A stretch of 64,000 nt of DNA from a virus (IMGVR_UViG_3300009103_000017:1-64000); one strand, 5' to 3'. Shown: positions 31,687-42,003, counted from the first letter of the stretch. The notes: a model not told the origin generated them from the sequence alone. Program-made: numbers and translations.

Positions 31687-31819
31687 TCTGGTTGCTCTGG
31701 TCGCGTTCTTAATATCGGTGGTGCTTGTTAGTTGGAAGAGGGGTTTATTTTAATTATGCGAAATGTGTTATTAGTTTGTTGGATAGTTCTCTTGATAACT
31801 TTGGGAGTTGTAGCACATT

Positions 31820-32119
31820 ATGCCCAGAAAGACATTGATAGACAAATTGGTGAGACCACCAGAACTAATCAAAGGTGATTTAGTATATCATATATTATAT
31901 GGGAGAGATTGGGTGGGAGTGTTCCTATCCTCAAAAGAGGAAACGCAAGGGCTTTCTACTCCGAGAGATATCGGCCTTGTTTGTATGCAGCCCGGAACAA
32001 AATATGAGTTTTTCTTCAAAAAATACTTGAAAAAATACTGGGTTGCTGATAATATGGGATATGTATCAATACATTGGCTCAGGAAACTTGAGGGCAACTT
32101 GGGTCCCAAAAAGAGATGA
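31820..32119 (+). CDS. SH3/KOW-like small protein
   Basis: LIKGDLVYH...WVGVFL...HWLRKL. Confidence 0.5.
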   Translation: MPRKTLIDKLVRPPELIKGDLVYHILYGRDWVGVFLSSKEETQGLSTPRDIGLVCMQPGTKYEFFFKKYLKKYWVADNMGYVSIHWLRKLEGNLGPKKR

Positions 32120-32122
32120 AAA

Positions 32123-32551
32123 GTGATTGAGAAAAATTTAAAGGTTGGAGACGCACTAATAGTGAAAGGTAATCGCGTTGTCTTGCTAACTAAGAAAACT
32201 AAAAAATATTGGTATTATTACCTCGATGGCCATTCCGCCAGAATTAGCGATGAAAAACTGTGGAATTATATAGATTTTGGAGAAAACCACCGAAAGGTAC
32301 ATTACAACGGCACAACAAAAAACCGCCACCGAAAACGAAAAGGTAGAACACTAGATTTGCATGGAGTGAGCCATGCAAAAGCTGATGATCAGATTCGAAA
32401 GTATTTGAACTTTATCGAATTACCAACTAATATTATTACAGGGGAGTCGAAAAAGATGAAGGACGCCGTGCGCACGGTAGTGACAGAATATGGCTGGTCG
32501 TGCCATGAAGATCCAACCAATCCTGGGAAGATTATAATTGTTGAGAAGTAG
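32123..32551 (+). CDS. Smr-domain protein
   Basis: TLDLHG...IITG...NPG Smr motifs; N-terminal LKVGD module. Confidence 0.7.
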   Translation: MIEKNLKVGDALIVKGNRVVLLTKKTKKYWYYYLDGHSARISDEKLWNYIDFGENHRKVHYNGTTKNRHRKRKGRTLDLHGVSHAKADDQIRKYLNFIELPTNIITGESKKMKDAVRTVVTEYGWSCHEDPTNPGKIIIVEK

Positions 32552-32563
32552 GAAAATCTTCGT

Positions 32564-33115
32564 TTGGTAGTTTTTTTAGCGACATTGCTTCTCCTGTCTC
32601 CGCCTGTGCCTCTTTCTTTGCCGTGGGGCGAAGAACACAGAGATCAGGTATATCTAAAGGATTATAGATATTTCTTTGGCGATCCCCAGTGGGGAACCGT
32701 TGTTTATTTGGGAAAGGAAGATCTGCTGGGTTTGGAAACTGAAATTCAGCTTGAATATGTTGATAGAAAACTTTCCTCAGCGCTACTGGTATTGGGACCC
32801 GCGGGCCTAAATGAAATTAACTGTATCAAGAGATATAAGAAGGTTATAGGCTTCTTGAATGAGAAGTATGGTCACTATCGGCACCAAAATATAACAAAAG
32901 ATCCACTGATAGAAGAGCTGGTGGCCTATCGGCCATGTCACCCCGTAAGAGCAGAACTTTATGAAATAAAAACAATTTGGGTTATACCAACATTTAGAAT
33001 AGAGGCCGAACTCGTAGGAGACGAAGAAGGCTTTTACATACAGATAGAATATATTTTTCTCAAAATTAAGAGAAAAATAAAACAAAGAAAAGAAAAGATA
33101 TTTAGGAGTTTATAA
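32564..33115 (+). CDS. putative secreted protein
   Basis: Signal-peptide-like N-terminus followed by LPWG. Confidence 0.5.
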   Translation: MVVFLATLLLLSPPVPLSLPWGEEHRDQVYLKDYRYFFGDPQWGTVVYLGKEDLLGLETEIQLEYVDRKLSSALLVLGPAGLNEINCIKRYKKVIGFLNEKYGHYRHQNITKDPLIEELVAYRPCHPVRAELYEIKTIWVIPTFRIEAELVGDEEGFYIQIEYIFLKIKRKIKQRKEKIFRSL

Positions 33116-33316
33116 AATGAAAAAAGTTTCAGTACATCTTGAACCACGCGAAAAAGTAATTAGGAAAAAATCACCAATGGATATGCTTATGAGTACAGCA
33201 TGTCTTGACGTGTATAGATCTTTGACGTTGCCTCAAAAAATTCTTTCTAGAATGAAGCACCTTTTTTGTTCCCGAGATAATTATATTGATAAATTTTAGT
33301 ATAAGGGTTTTTCACA

Positions 33317-33637
33317 ATGATAGGTTTGACCAAAGCTGCATCAAAAAAAGTATTAGAATTATTATCTGAACGATCAGAAATGTTGGGTTTGAGAGTTGCC
33401 GTCCGCGGAGGCGGATGTTCGGGTTTTCAGTATGTGCTAGAATTCGAAGAAGCCTTCAAGGAAAGTGACAGAGAGATTTCCTCTCATGGCGTTAGACTCT
33501 TTATTGATCCGAAAAGTTATTTATATTTGATGGGAACAGAAATTGATTATGTGGATACACTTTCGGGTGCCGGCTTTAAATTTAATAACCCCACCGCTAG
33601 AAGGACGTGCGGCTGCGGGGAAAGTTTTAGCATTTAG
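33317..33637 (+). CDS. iscA: A-type Fe-S carrier (IscA/HesB/ErpA)
   Basis: LRVAVRGGGCSGFQY, IDYVD, GFKFNNP, CGCGESF. Confidence 0.93.
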   Translation: MIGLTKAASKKVLELLSERSEMLGLRVAVRGGGCSGFQYVLEFEEAFKESDREISSHGVRLFIDPKSYLYLMGTEIDYVDTLSGAGFKFNNPTARRTCGCGESFSI

Positions 33638-33640
33638 TGC

Positions 33641-33669
33641 TTGACATTTTTATAAATATCTGATAGTCT
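33641..33669 (+). promoter_or_regulatory. sigma70-like promoter
   Basis: TTGACA-17-TAGTCT. Confidence 0.5.
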
Positions 33670-33677
33670 ATAACAAG

Positions 33678-33851
33678 ATGAGTAAGAAAAATATTTTAAA
33701 AACCATAGAGTCTGTATTAGCTAAGTACGCTAAAGAACAGACAAACTTAGTATCTGAGTCTGCCCGCAAGCAAATTGCGGCTGAAATTTTAGAACAGCTG
33801 TCGGGTAAATATTATATGACAGCTTTCAACACATATGATTTAAAGGAATAG
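33678..33851 (+). CDS. small hypothetical protein (57 aa, not in the ORF track)
   Basis: ATG directly after the promoter; MSKKNILKTIESVLAKY. Confidence 0.5.
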   Translation: MSKKNILKTIESVLAKYAKEQTNLVSESARKQIAAEILEQLSGKYYMTAFNTYDLKE

Positions 33852-33853
33852 AC

Positions 33854-34138
33854 ATGAAAATTGTTTTACTTTCGCTAGTCTTTCTATCAGGCTGTGCTAT
33901 AAATGAAAATATAGACAACGCCGATGCATCACTCCCTGATTGTGGCAAATCTGAAAGTATTTGGGTCTGCCACAATCCACAATCAGAATATCACGGTACC
34001 CGCTGCAATGAGGAGTGCTATTGGGTCGGTCATATGAGGAGTGAGAATTCTTACTGTTGGCTGCTGGACGAACAAGACTGCAGGCGGCCCCTTGATTTTG
34101 CATGGCAAAAAAATCATTGCCACTTGCTGGGAGAATGA
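33854..34138 (+). CDS. Cys-rich putative lipoprotein
   Basis: Lipobox FLSGC; several Cys. Confidence 0.6.
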   Translation: MKIVLLSLVFLSGCAINENIDNADASLPDCGKSESIWVCHNPQSEYHGTRCNEECYWVGHMRSENSYCWLLDEQDCRRPLDFAWQKNHCHLLGE

Positions 34139-34538
34139 ATCCTGCATAAGAAGGGGGACATAGTATATATCAAGGATTATCCTTTTGGGAGATCTATGAG
34201 AATTTCAGGCGAAATAGTCGGCATCTTATCTGATGATCATTATAACGTCAAAATACTAACAGGCTTCAACAAGGGCAGTATAATAAAATACAAGTACTGG
34301 AAGTTGGATCCGCTCAAGCAAGAAGAAAATAAGAAAATTGTTTTTGAATAAAAAGGAATTTTATCTGGAAACTGTAACTGGTGATCTGCTTTTAGTTGAA
34401 GTGCAGGAGCATCACGGTTGTGTAGTTTTGACAATAGGAGATAAAAGATACGATTTAACACCGGACGCATCATTCGATTTGGTTGATGCTATAACCATGG
34501 TCGCGAACGGCGTAGAATCACACACAGGAGAAGAGTAA

Positions 34539-34817
34539 ATGGAAGAGAAACCCTATAGATATCGATTGGGTCCAGGAATAAAGTGGCAGGATGTTACATC
34601 TCGTAGTATAATATCTGGATACACTGTGGATAATTTAAATACAAAATCTTTAGAGGATACTGACAGCCCATTTGAAAAGTTGTTTGTCTTGATAAGAGAG
34701 GAGTTGTTGAAAAACGAATCTCGTTGTATGGATAGTGAAGAGGACAGGTTACATCTTTGTCAGGTTGTGAGTGACAAATTAGATAAGGAGCTTAAAAAGA
34801 ATGGCTCCTACCTATGA
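34539..34817 (+). CDS. hypothetical protein
   Basis: 92-aa ORF directly after the 34338-34538 ORF. Confidence 0.5.
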   Translation: MEEKPYRYRLGPGIKWQDVTSRSIISGYTVDNLNTKSLEDTDSPFEKLFVLIREELLKNESRCMDSEEDRLHLCQVVSDKLDKELKKNGSYL

Positions 34818-34989
34818 AGGGTGTTGCCCTTAAGACGAGTACGATGTTATACTCCAAGCGGCACAAGTGTTATGGTCAGTGTATAGCAATCAAGGGGTAT
34901 TTTGCGTATATAATATTCGTAAACCACCAGAGTGGGTGGTACCATTCTGCTGAATTAGAAAAAAGTCACATCAATAAGAGAAATTATAG

Positions 34990-35018
34990 TTGACTTTTGT
35001 ATCCACATGTAGTAATCT
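34990..35018 (+). promoter_or_regulatory. early-type sigma70 promoter
   Basis: TTGACT-17-TAATCT followed by ATATATA. Confidence 0.65.
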
Positions 35019-35051
35019 ATATATAGGTTAAAATAAAAAAAGGATTTACTC

Positions 35052-35297
35052 ATGAGAGTAATAAACAAGAAGGTTGCAAGCTCCTGGGCCAGTGGTGTCG
35101 CAACATCGTCACATACAGGTAATTTTTGGACTGATGGTGTGAAACTTTATTCATACCGGCTGCTTATTGGAGATACCTCCGCTACCGGCGAAAAGGTACT
35201 GAGGGATCATACGGCCAGGGGGAAATGGGGCTTTTCGTCTCAAACAACAAGCTGTCATGTTAATATGGCGAAGCCCTATGCGGATATGGTGGATTAA
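35052..35297 (+). CDS. hypothetical phage protein
   Basis: AAGGA RBS; LYSY...SQTTSCHV. Confidence 0.65.
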   Translation: MRVINKKVASSWASGVATSSHTGNFWTDGVKLYSYRLLIGDTSATGEKVLRDHTARGKWGFSSQTTSCHVNMAKPYADMVD

Positions 35298-35299
35298 CG

Positions 35300-35488
35300 A
35301 TGCCATCATCGCCTTTGAACTTTAAGAAGGGGGATTTGGTGATTGACAGAAATGACAAGCACGGAATATTGATAAGTCTAGAAAAGATTCCTATTTTTTC
35401 TGAAGATTTTATATGTGAAGTCCTGTTTACGTCAGCAGCAAAGCCAGACAGAATAATGTTGTCGTCACTGAGAAAGGTCAATCCGTAG
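35300..35488 (+). CDS. SH3/KOW-like small protein
   Basis: FKKGDLV...GILI...EVLF...LRKV. Confidence 0.55.
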   Translation: MPSSPLNFKKGDLVIDRNDKHGILISLEKIPIFSEDFICEVLFTSAAKPDRIMLSSLRKVNP

Positions 35489-36120
35489 TGTTAGAGAGAG
35501 TTGATCTACTTTTATTACGCGCCCAGCTTTACCTTTCTGATCGTGAAAAAGAATTTTTACAGTCTATTCGATCACATTTTATTAGAAAGGGGCTCCTATC
35601 CACGGGTCAGGAATCATGGCTTTCAACTCTTGAGGAAAAATATTCAGAAGAAAGTATTCAAAACCAAAAGCTTTGGGACCAGAGATGGTCTTCTGACCAT
35701 CGAGAGGTGGCTCTTCGAGTAGCTAAATATTACGAAGCTAATCCCCCGTATTTTAGCAAAACTGTTTCAAAAGTACTTAATAGTCCTGAGACATTTCTTT
35801 TATCCGAAAGCGAGTGGAACAAATTTTGCGGCAACAAGTATGCAAAAAGAATTATTTCCGAATATAGTGAAGACCCAAAATTTACCGAGGGGGAGTGTGT
35901 ACAAATTCGCAAGCGAAATAAGGTTGTAACTGCTAATTATAACAGTGGTATGCCTACTTTGTCACTTGCTGATAAGACTGGCTTTGTTTTAAAGGTCAAC
36001 GCGCGCCCAATAATAAGGGCAGCAAAGGGTTCTAAAATTTATCAAGTTTTACTTGCGGGTTTCAGTGTGCCTATTTATGCTCACGAATCAGATCTCAAGA
36101 AGAGGAGAAATACGAAATGA
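35488..36120 (+). CDS. hypothetical protein with a C-terminal SH3-like module
   Basis: PKFTEGECVQI...GFVLKV...HESDLK. Confidence 0.6.
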   Translation: MLERVDLLLLRAQLYLSDREKEFLQSIRSHFIRKGLLSTGQESWLSTLEEKYSEESIQNQKLWDQRWSSDHREVALRVAKYYEANPPYFSKTVSKVLNSPETFLLSESEWNKFCGNKYAKRIISEYSEDPKFTEGECVQIRKRNKVVTANYNSGMPTLSLADKTGFVLKVNARPIIRAAKGSKIYQVLLAGFSVPIYAHESDLKKRRNTK

Positions 36121-36485
36121 AAATAAAATCTATTTCTTTTTTATTTGTCAATGAGCGTGTTGTATTGAAGCCAAACTATCGCGGCCGCTTCGAGTTGCCT
36201 TACGATAGTAAAGTAAGGGGATCCCACAAGACATCTTATCGTGAAACCAAAGTAAAAGATATAGTGAGCCATAGCGAGATTAGAACTCAAGATCCTGTAA
36301 TCACTCTGGAGAATGGGGAAAAGGTTAGAGTCTTCCAAGCTGGAGAGGGAAGTTATATGCTGACTTATGCAGCAAGCATAATCGAAAAGTTTGATAAGAG
36401 TACATGGTCAAGGGGGGTTTCTTTTTCCACGAAAAAATCAGAACAAATAGAGTTTCCTTGGCCCGATGATGAAATTGACTGGTAG
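36117..36485 (+). CDS. hypothetical protein
   Basis: ATGA overlap; GAGGAG RBS. Confidence 0.55.
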   Translation: MKIKSISFLFVNERVVLKPNYRGRFELPYDSKVRGSHKTSYRETKVKDIVSHSEIRTQDPVITLENGEKVRVFQAGEGSYMLTYAASIIEKFDKSTWSRGVSFSTKKSEQIEFPWPDDEIDW

Positions 36486-36735
36486 AAATATACTTCCCGT
36501 AGAAGTCGGTGATTTGGTTATATGTACTTTTATGGGGACCACTGAATATGAAAAGGTGGGCCTAGTTCTGGATCGCATTCACTATGTGGAGGAGAAGAAG
36601 CAACGATCCCACCCCGATGAATATAGTTGCTTGGTTCTGTTCGAAAACGGAGAAAGGATGGTCAGAGCAAAATGGCTACAGGTTCTTTCGAAAAATCTAG
36701 AAAAGGAGGGAATTTGTGACAACACATCATTATGA
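36466..36735 (+). CDS. SH3/KOW-like protein, paralog of 36732
   Basis: EVGDLV...HPDEYSC...VRAKWLQVLSK. Confidence 0.6.
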   Translation: MMKLTGRNILPVEVGDLVICTFMGTTEYEKVGLVLDRIHYVEEKKQRSHPDEYSCLVLFENGERMVRAKWLQVLSKNLEKEGICDNTSL

Positions 36736-36959
36736 GACAGAAGTTTGACATCGGCGATTTGGTTAAGGTCGAATATCCCGTAGATAAAACAGGCGTAGTG
36801 CTAGAAACAAAGCTTATCAACTCGATCGTCCAAATGGATACAGAGCCATGGACATGGCATCCTGATGAATACAGGTGCAAAATTAAATTTTTAAACTCAC
36901 CAGAAACAAAGTGGGTGAGAGCGAAAATGCTCTCCCATCTATCAAAAATAAATGAATAA
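36732..36959 (+). CDS. SH3/KOW-like protein, paralog of 36466
   Basis: DIGDLV...HPDEYRC...VRAKMLSHLSK. Confidence 0.6.
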   Translation: MRQKFDIGDLVKVEYPVDKTGVVLETKLINSIVQMDTEPWTWHPDEYRCKIKFLNSPETKWVRAKMLSHLSKINE

Positions 36960-36964
36960 TTTCA

Positions 36965-36993
36965 TTGACTTACAGAACTAATTCTGTTAATAT
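36965..36993 (+). promoter_or_regulatory. early-type sigma70 promoter
   Basis: TTGACT-17-TAATAT followed by ATATATACAACAAT. Confidence 0.7.
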
Positions 36994-37025
36994 ATATATA
37001 CAACAATTAAAGAAAGGAGTTTTCT

Positions 37026-37862
37026 ATGAGTTACAGCGGAACAGTTCGTTGCGGTTATTGCTACACTTCGGGTCACAACAGGCTTGGTTGTCCCGATCGA
37101 AGAAAGTTTGCACTAGAAAATCCAGAAAGTTATGAATCCCGCCGATGGCACCGAGAACAGGAAGAAAGAAAGAGGCAAGTTGAGAATCGAGTGTGCTCTT
37201 ACTGCAAGGAACCCAAGCACAATCGGAGAGGCTGCAAATTACTCAAAGAAGACCGGAGCCTCGTTGTACAAAGGCAAGATGAATATCGTAAAGAGTTTTA
37301 TCATGCGACCTCTTCGGCCGGCCTAGGCCCGGGATCTCTGGTCAGGGTTCCCTTGGGAAGTCGCAACGATGAGGATGGCATCTGGTCAAAGGGTTATGTC
37401 GCCATGGTCACGCGCGTTCATTGGCATAATGTGGATTTTCTTTTGAAGGACACAGATTTAACTCGCGGTTGGAGGGAGCGTGACAGAGCATTGTTTCAGG
37501 CGCGCGTAGTGTCGCCCTTCGGATACACAGAAGAAGACGAGTCTTACTATCGAAGCCCGCCGCGGTTTAATGAAGTTAAAAATTTAAGTGTGCTGCATGT
37601 ACACAAGTTGCTGTCACCAGCCATCAATGAATCTGACTTTGGAGTTGACGGCGATCTTGTTGCTGAGCTTGTCGGGCCTGTAAAAGAGGTCCCACTACCG
37701 CCACAAGATTCTCCCGATTTTACACCGGAATTAAATAGCAGGTTTCATTTTGACCCGGGCCCGCGATCCGATGAATATGATAAGAAGAGGCCGCATCTTT
37801 CCGGAGAACAGTGGAGTCGTGTTCGGCCCGAGGAACACAGAGACCTTCTGCCAAAGGAATAG
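37026..37862 (+). CDS. protein with two CCHC zinc knuckles
   Basis: CGYCYTSGHNRLGC and CSYCKEPKHNRRGC. Confidence 0.7.
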   Translation: MSYSGTVRCGYCYTSGHNRLGCPDRRKFALENPESYESRRWHREQEERKRQVENRVCSYCKEPKHNRRGCKLLKEDRSLVVQRQDEYRKEFYHATSSAGLGPGSLVRVPLGSRNDEDGIWSKGYVAMVTRVHWHNVDFLLKDTDLTRGWRERDRALFQARVVSPFGYTEEDESYYRSPPRFNEVKNLSVLHVHKLLSPAINESDFGVDGDLVAELVGPVKEVPLPPQDSPDFTPELNSRFHFDPGPRSDEYDKKRPHLSGEQWSRVRPEEHRDLLPKE

Positions 37863-38069
37863 TAGAATGAAGATTAACCCGTTTGAGGCCCACCCAGAGT
37901 CTTCGCCACCTCAAAAAAAACCTAATAATATCTTGACCTTAGAACAAATTCGTGATATTATAAGCAATAGAATAATTGAGGTCGGAACAGAGCAGGAACC
38001 AAAATGGGGATGGGACCGACATTCCATCTGTGCACTGCTTAACAATATAATGATAGAATTGGAAGAAGA

Positions 38070-38654
38070 ATGTCACAACAACTAGAAGATAATGTATATC
38101 GAATGAGCAACCCCGAGCTTATTGGACTGGCAAAGAACCGATGGCTACCGGCAAATGTTCAGATGGCCATAGCGAAAAATCATTATGCCCGGGCCAAGTG
38201 GTATCTGGCAGAAAACGATGGTCTCGACAAGAGAGTGAGAGATTATCTGTGGTCCGATGAGTGTAACAGGGGATATTCTCTCAAGACGCTAATGATTTCT
38301 CATGGCCAATATTTAGACGAACCAGAGAAATATCGCGAGCTTTACGATAAATATCCTTCTGCGTGGTTTCGTTCTAGCTGGAGAATGTCAAGTGCCTTTT
38401 TTGGGCACTACTGGTATCGGAATAAGAACGGCTCCGCGGCAACGCCATCAGATCTTTTGAACCGAATTTATGATGAAAAGTACGACCCGAGAACCGTCGA
38501 TCTGAAAGCAGCCAGCTATTATAGCCCACGTTATGAGTTGGAGAGGCTTGCCAAACACAATAATGTGGATCTTGAGTTGGCGATTAAACTATCTCAGTGT
38601 GGCATTGATACAGTTCAGAAGATGGGATTTGACAAAATCGTCGAATTATCTTGA
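38070..38654 (+). CDS. hypothetical protein
   Basis: 194-aa ORF. Confidence 0.6.
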   Translation: MSQQLEDNVYRMSNPELIGLAKNRWLPANVQMAIAKNHYARAKWYLAENDGLDKRVRDYLWSDECNRGYSLKTLMISHGQYLDEPEKYRELYDKYPSAWFRSSWRMSSAFFGHYWYRNKNGSAATPSDLLNRIYDEKYDPRTVDLKAASYYSPRYELERLAKHNNVDLELAIKLSQCGIDTVQKMGFDKIVELS

Positions 38655-38763
38655 TAAAATTTCTTTAAAACTATTAAAATTATATCTTGACTTTGGACCC
38701 AAGATGTGACATACTTATTAAAGATGGAAAAACAAAAACTGCTCAAATAAAGGAGAAATATCA

Positions 38764-39834
38764 ATGGCAGTTGATTTCAAGACTTTTTCAAATATCGTTG
38801 GATTCGTAACGAATGTACGAAAACCAGTACTGCTACGGGGCCGTCATGGTATCGGCAAATCTACTGTTGTTTACCAGTATGCCGAAGCAATTGAAATGCC
38901 AGTTGTTGAACGTAGAGCTTCACAAATGACAGAAGGCGATTTGGTTGGCCTACCGGTGATTTCAGGTAATTCCACCAAATTTAATCCACCAGATTGGTTT
39001 AAGCATGCTTGCGACTTTCCTGTTGTGTTGTTTCTGGACGAAGTAGACAGGGCAACATTGGAAGTCCGACAGGGAATTTTTGAATTGACCGACAGCCGAA
39101 AGCTTAACGGCCACGAACTTCACCCTGAAACGGTAGTTTTTGCAGCAATTAATGGCGGCGACCACGGCTCTCAATATCAGGTAGGTGAGATGGATCCAGC
39201 CGAATTGGATCGTTGGACTGTGTTTGATATTGAGCCTTCAGTAGAAGACTGGTTATCGTGGGCAAAGGATTCAAATCTTTCTGAAATTACGTGGGATTTT
39301 ATTAATCAAAACCGCGTTCACTTAGAGCACAAAGACGATTATGAGCCTAACAAAGTTTACCCATCTCGTCGATCATGGGAGCGTTTGGACAACTGCTTGA
39401 CCGAGGGTTCTCTGTTGGAGGAATCAAGTCCGACCCTATACAACTTGACTGCTGCATTTGTCGGGTTTGAAGCTGCGGTGGCCTTTAATGATTTTGTTGC
39501 CAATTATGATCGACAGGTGACTGTTGAGGATATTTTGATTAAGGGGGACTTTAGCAAAGTCGGTGACTTCGGAATTAACGACCACACTGCTCTTATAGAC
39601 AAGTTCGAGGGTGCTGAATCCTTTAAAAAAGAGTTGCCTCAAGATCAGGTTGACAATCTGGCACGCTACTTTGTGATGCTTCCGTCAGAGGTTGCTATGA
39701 AATTGTGGTCTGTTTTGGGCACCGGCGCCTTGAACAATACCATTAAACTACACCAGTCTGAGGTAGACGGAAACTCTGTCTCTGAGTTTCTGGTTAAGAT
39801 TCTCGCTGGAGACCAGTCAGATGAGTCAAAGTAA
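38764..39834 (+). CDS. MoxR-like AAA+ ATPase
   Basis: GRHGIGKS Walker A, LFLDEVDR Walker B, MDPAELDRW, PSRRSW; promoter TTGACT-17-CATACT at 38687. Confidence 0.85.
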   Translation: MAVDFKTFSNIVGFVTNVRKPVLLRGRHGIGKSTVVYQYAEAIEMPVVERRASQMTEGDLVGLPVISGNSTKFNPPDWFKHACDFPVVLFLDEVDRATLEVRQGIFELTDSRKLNGHELHPETVVFAAINGGDHGSQYQVGEMDPAELDRWTVFDIEPSVEDWLSWAKDSNLSEITWDFINQNRVHLEHKDDYEPNKVYPSRRSWERLDNCLTEGSLLEESSPTLYNLTAAFVGFEAAVAFNDFVANYDRQVTVEDILIKGDFSKVGDFGINDHTALIDKFEGAESFKKELPQDQVDNLARYFVMLPSEVAMKLWSVLGTGALNNTIKLHQSEVDGNSVSEFLVKILAGDQSDESK

Positions 39835-41062
39835 TTTTGATTTGAACATGCACACGGCTCGTCTACTGATGGACGAGCCGTTCTTCGCAGCAATTTCTAG
39901 AAGAATTGATAAGCGCGCCTCCAACGCTGTACCTACAGCGGGTGTCCTCGTCAACCCCGACAGTGCACAGTTCGAGATGTTGTATAATCCTGATTTTTTC
40001 GCTGGCTTGACTGATCTTGAAAGAGCGGACGTATTAAAGCATGAGTTTTATCACATAACTTTTCTTCACGTCACAGATAGGATGCCGGAGGGGATTAATC
40101 CAAAGCTATGGAACATTGCGACCGATTTAGCCATTAATTCACATTTGCATAATTTGCCAAAGGGCGGCTTGATTCCCGGAGAAGCTGGCACACCTTTTGA
40201 AAACTTACCAAGAGGAATGTCAGCTGAGTGGTATTTGGCTAATCTCCCTGACTTCAATACACCCCAATCTCAGCCGAATGGGAAGGAGCCGTCAGAAGAG
40301 GGTCAATCTTCTGGTGAGAAATCGGAAGGCAAGGGGGAGGGTGATTCAAAGGAGGACGGGTCCGGCGACGGGATCCCTGATAGTCTTGATGACCATAGCG
40401 GCTGGGGCGCATGCGCTCAGGAAGTAAGGGACATGGCACGCGAACGACTCAAAGATATTGTTAAGAAGGCTGCAGATGAATGTTCCAAGAATAGTTCCTG
40501 GGGATCCGTCGGGGCCTCAACGAGACAAAAAATCATGAAGATTTTTGAATCTAAAATTGATTGGAGAAAGGTCTTGCGCTTTTTTGTGAAGGCAAGTCAA
40601 AAAGCAAACCGGACATCATCCATCAAGCGAATTAACCGAAGGTACGCCTATATTCACCCCGGCAAGAAAGCAAACCGAGTAGCAAAGGTAGCTATTTCTA
40701 TTGACCAATCCGGTTCGGTTAGTAACGATATGTTGGGCAAGTTTTTTGCAGAGTTGAATAAGTTAGCTGAAATTGCAGAGTTCACTGTAGTTCCTTTTGA
40801 TACACACGTAGACGAGGAGAAGGTATACATTTGGAGGAAGGGTCAGCGAAAGGAGCAAGAGCGCGTCCTGTGTGGTGGTACTAATTTCGACGCGCCAACG
40901 GAATATGTTAATCAAAGACAGTTTGACGGTCACATTATTTTGACAGATCTGGAAGCACCGAAACCCAAACCCAGTAAGTGCCAGAGGATGTGGATGACCA
41001 CACCCAAGTATGCAACGCGCCCCTATTTTGAAACCAAAGAAAGGGTTGTAGCCATTGAGTAA
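39821..41062 (+). CDS. DUF2201-like metallopeptidase plus vWA domain
   Basis: HEFYH (HExxH), WNIATDLAIN, IDQSGSV MIDAS, GGTNF, ILTD. Confidence 0.8.
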   Translation: MSQSNFDLNMHTARLLMDEPFFAAISRRIDKRASNAVPTAGVLVNPDSAQFEMLYNPDFFAGLTDLERADVLKHEFYHITFLHVTDRMPEGINPKLWNIATDLAINSHLHNLPKGGLIPGEAGTPFENLPRGMSAEWYLANLPDFNTPQSQPNGKEPSEEGQSSGEKSEGKGEGDSKEDGSGDGIPDSLDDHSGWGACAQEVRDMARERLKDIVKKAADECSKNSSWGSVGASTRQKIMKIFESKIDWRKVLRFFVKASQKANRTSSIKRINRRYAYIHPGKKANRVAKVAISIDQSGSVSNDMLGKFFAELNKLAEIAEFTVVPFDTHVDEEKVYIWRKGQRKEQERVLCGGTNFDAPTEYVNQRQFDGHIILTDLEAPKPKPSKCQRMWMTTPKYATRPYFETKERVVAIE

Positions 41063-41570
41063 GAAAGAGATTTTTGTAACGACCGTGGCCATCGCGTCGG
41101 CGGTTTCATTTTTGTTGTGGTGTGTGTTTCCCAGTGAAATATATTGGCTCTAAATCCGTCAGCATAAAATAGCGTGCTGCCGGTGTCGGATGGTCATGAC
41201 CGCAAGTAACGGTTATCCGACGAGTTCTTGGATAATATATTAAAATATAGCGCGATTGTCTATAACCGCGTTCACGTTCTGGTTGTGCCTACGGGCATCG
41301 AATGAAAGCCCAGAGAAAGAAAATAAAATTAGACATAGACTGGCGCAAGGCAAGGCGGCGAGGACAGCCTGCCCCTTGAACTCAAGAGAGGGGTGATGGA
41401 AAGTTTGCTTAAAGCAGTGGATTATTGGGATTTGTTACTCGGCGCTTTGATTTTTTTTGGCTTTGCGTTGATATTATTGGTTTCTGATCCTAGTTAACTT
41501 AGGTGTGTAAAAACTTGCGCACCTTTCACAAACATGAGGGTGCCAGCTTGGGGTAATAATCGCCACATTA

Positions 41571-41996
41571 TTGGGTTTTATGTATGCGAATTTCCTTGAT
41601 TGGGGGGTTCACATATTGCTGCACAAGCCGAGAGGCAAATCACGATTTAAGTTTCACTGGAAGCACCACAAGATAGCACGAAAAAACGGAAACCACGATC
41701 CTGATTACAAGACAAAGATCTGGCAAAACGAAACAAAGATAGGAGTAGTAGCGATGCTTCTCCACTCGCCATTACTCTTACTTTTTCCAGCTTTTACAGC
41801 GACTGTCCTCGCTTATGCTTCTGTTTATTTGGTCCTCCATCGTAAATCCCACCAGCATGTTGAATTTTTTAAAAAATGGCTACCATGGCACTATGAGCAC
41901 CACATGGGCCGAAATCAGAACGCGAATTGGTGTGTCATATGTCCGCTTATGGACTATTTGATGGGAACAAGGGAGAAATGGCTAAATAAGTCATAA
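41571..41996 (+). CDS. fatty-acid hydroxylase / sterol desaturase family membrane protein
   Basis: His boxes HILLH, HWKHH, HRKSH, HYEHH; NW...MDYLMGT. Confidence 0.75.
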   Translation: MGFMYANFLDWGVHILLHKPRGKSRFKFHWKHHKIARKNGNHDPDYKTKIWQNETKIGVVAMLLHSPLLLLFPAFTATVLAYASVYLVLHRKSHQHVEFFKKWLPWHYEHHMGRNQNANWCVICPLMDYLMGTREKWLNKS

Positions 41997-42003
41997 TTAC
42001 TAC

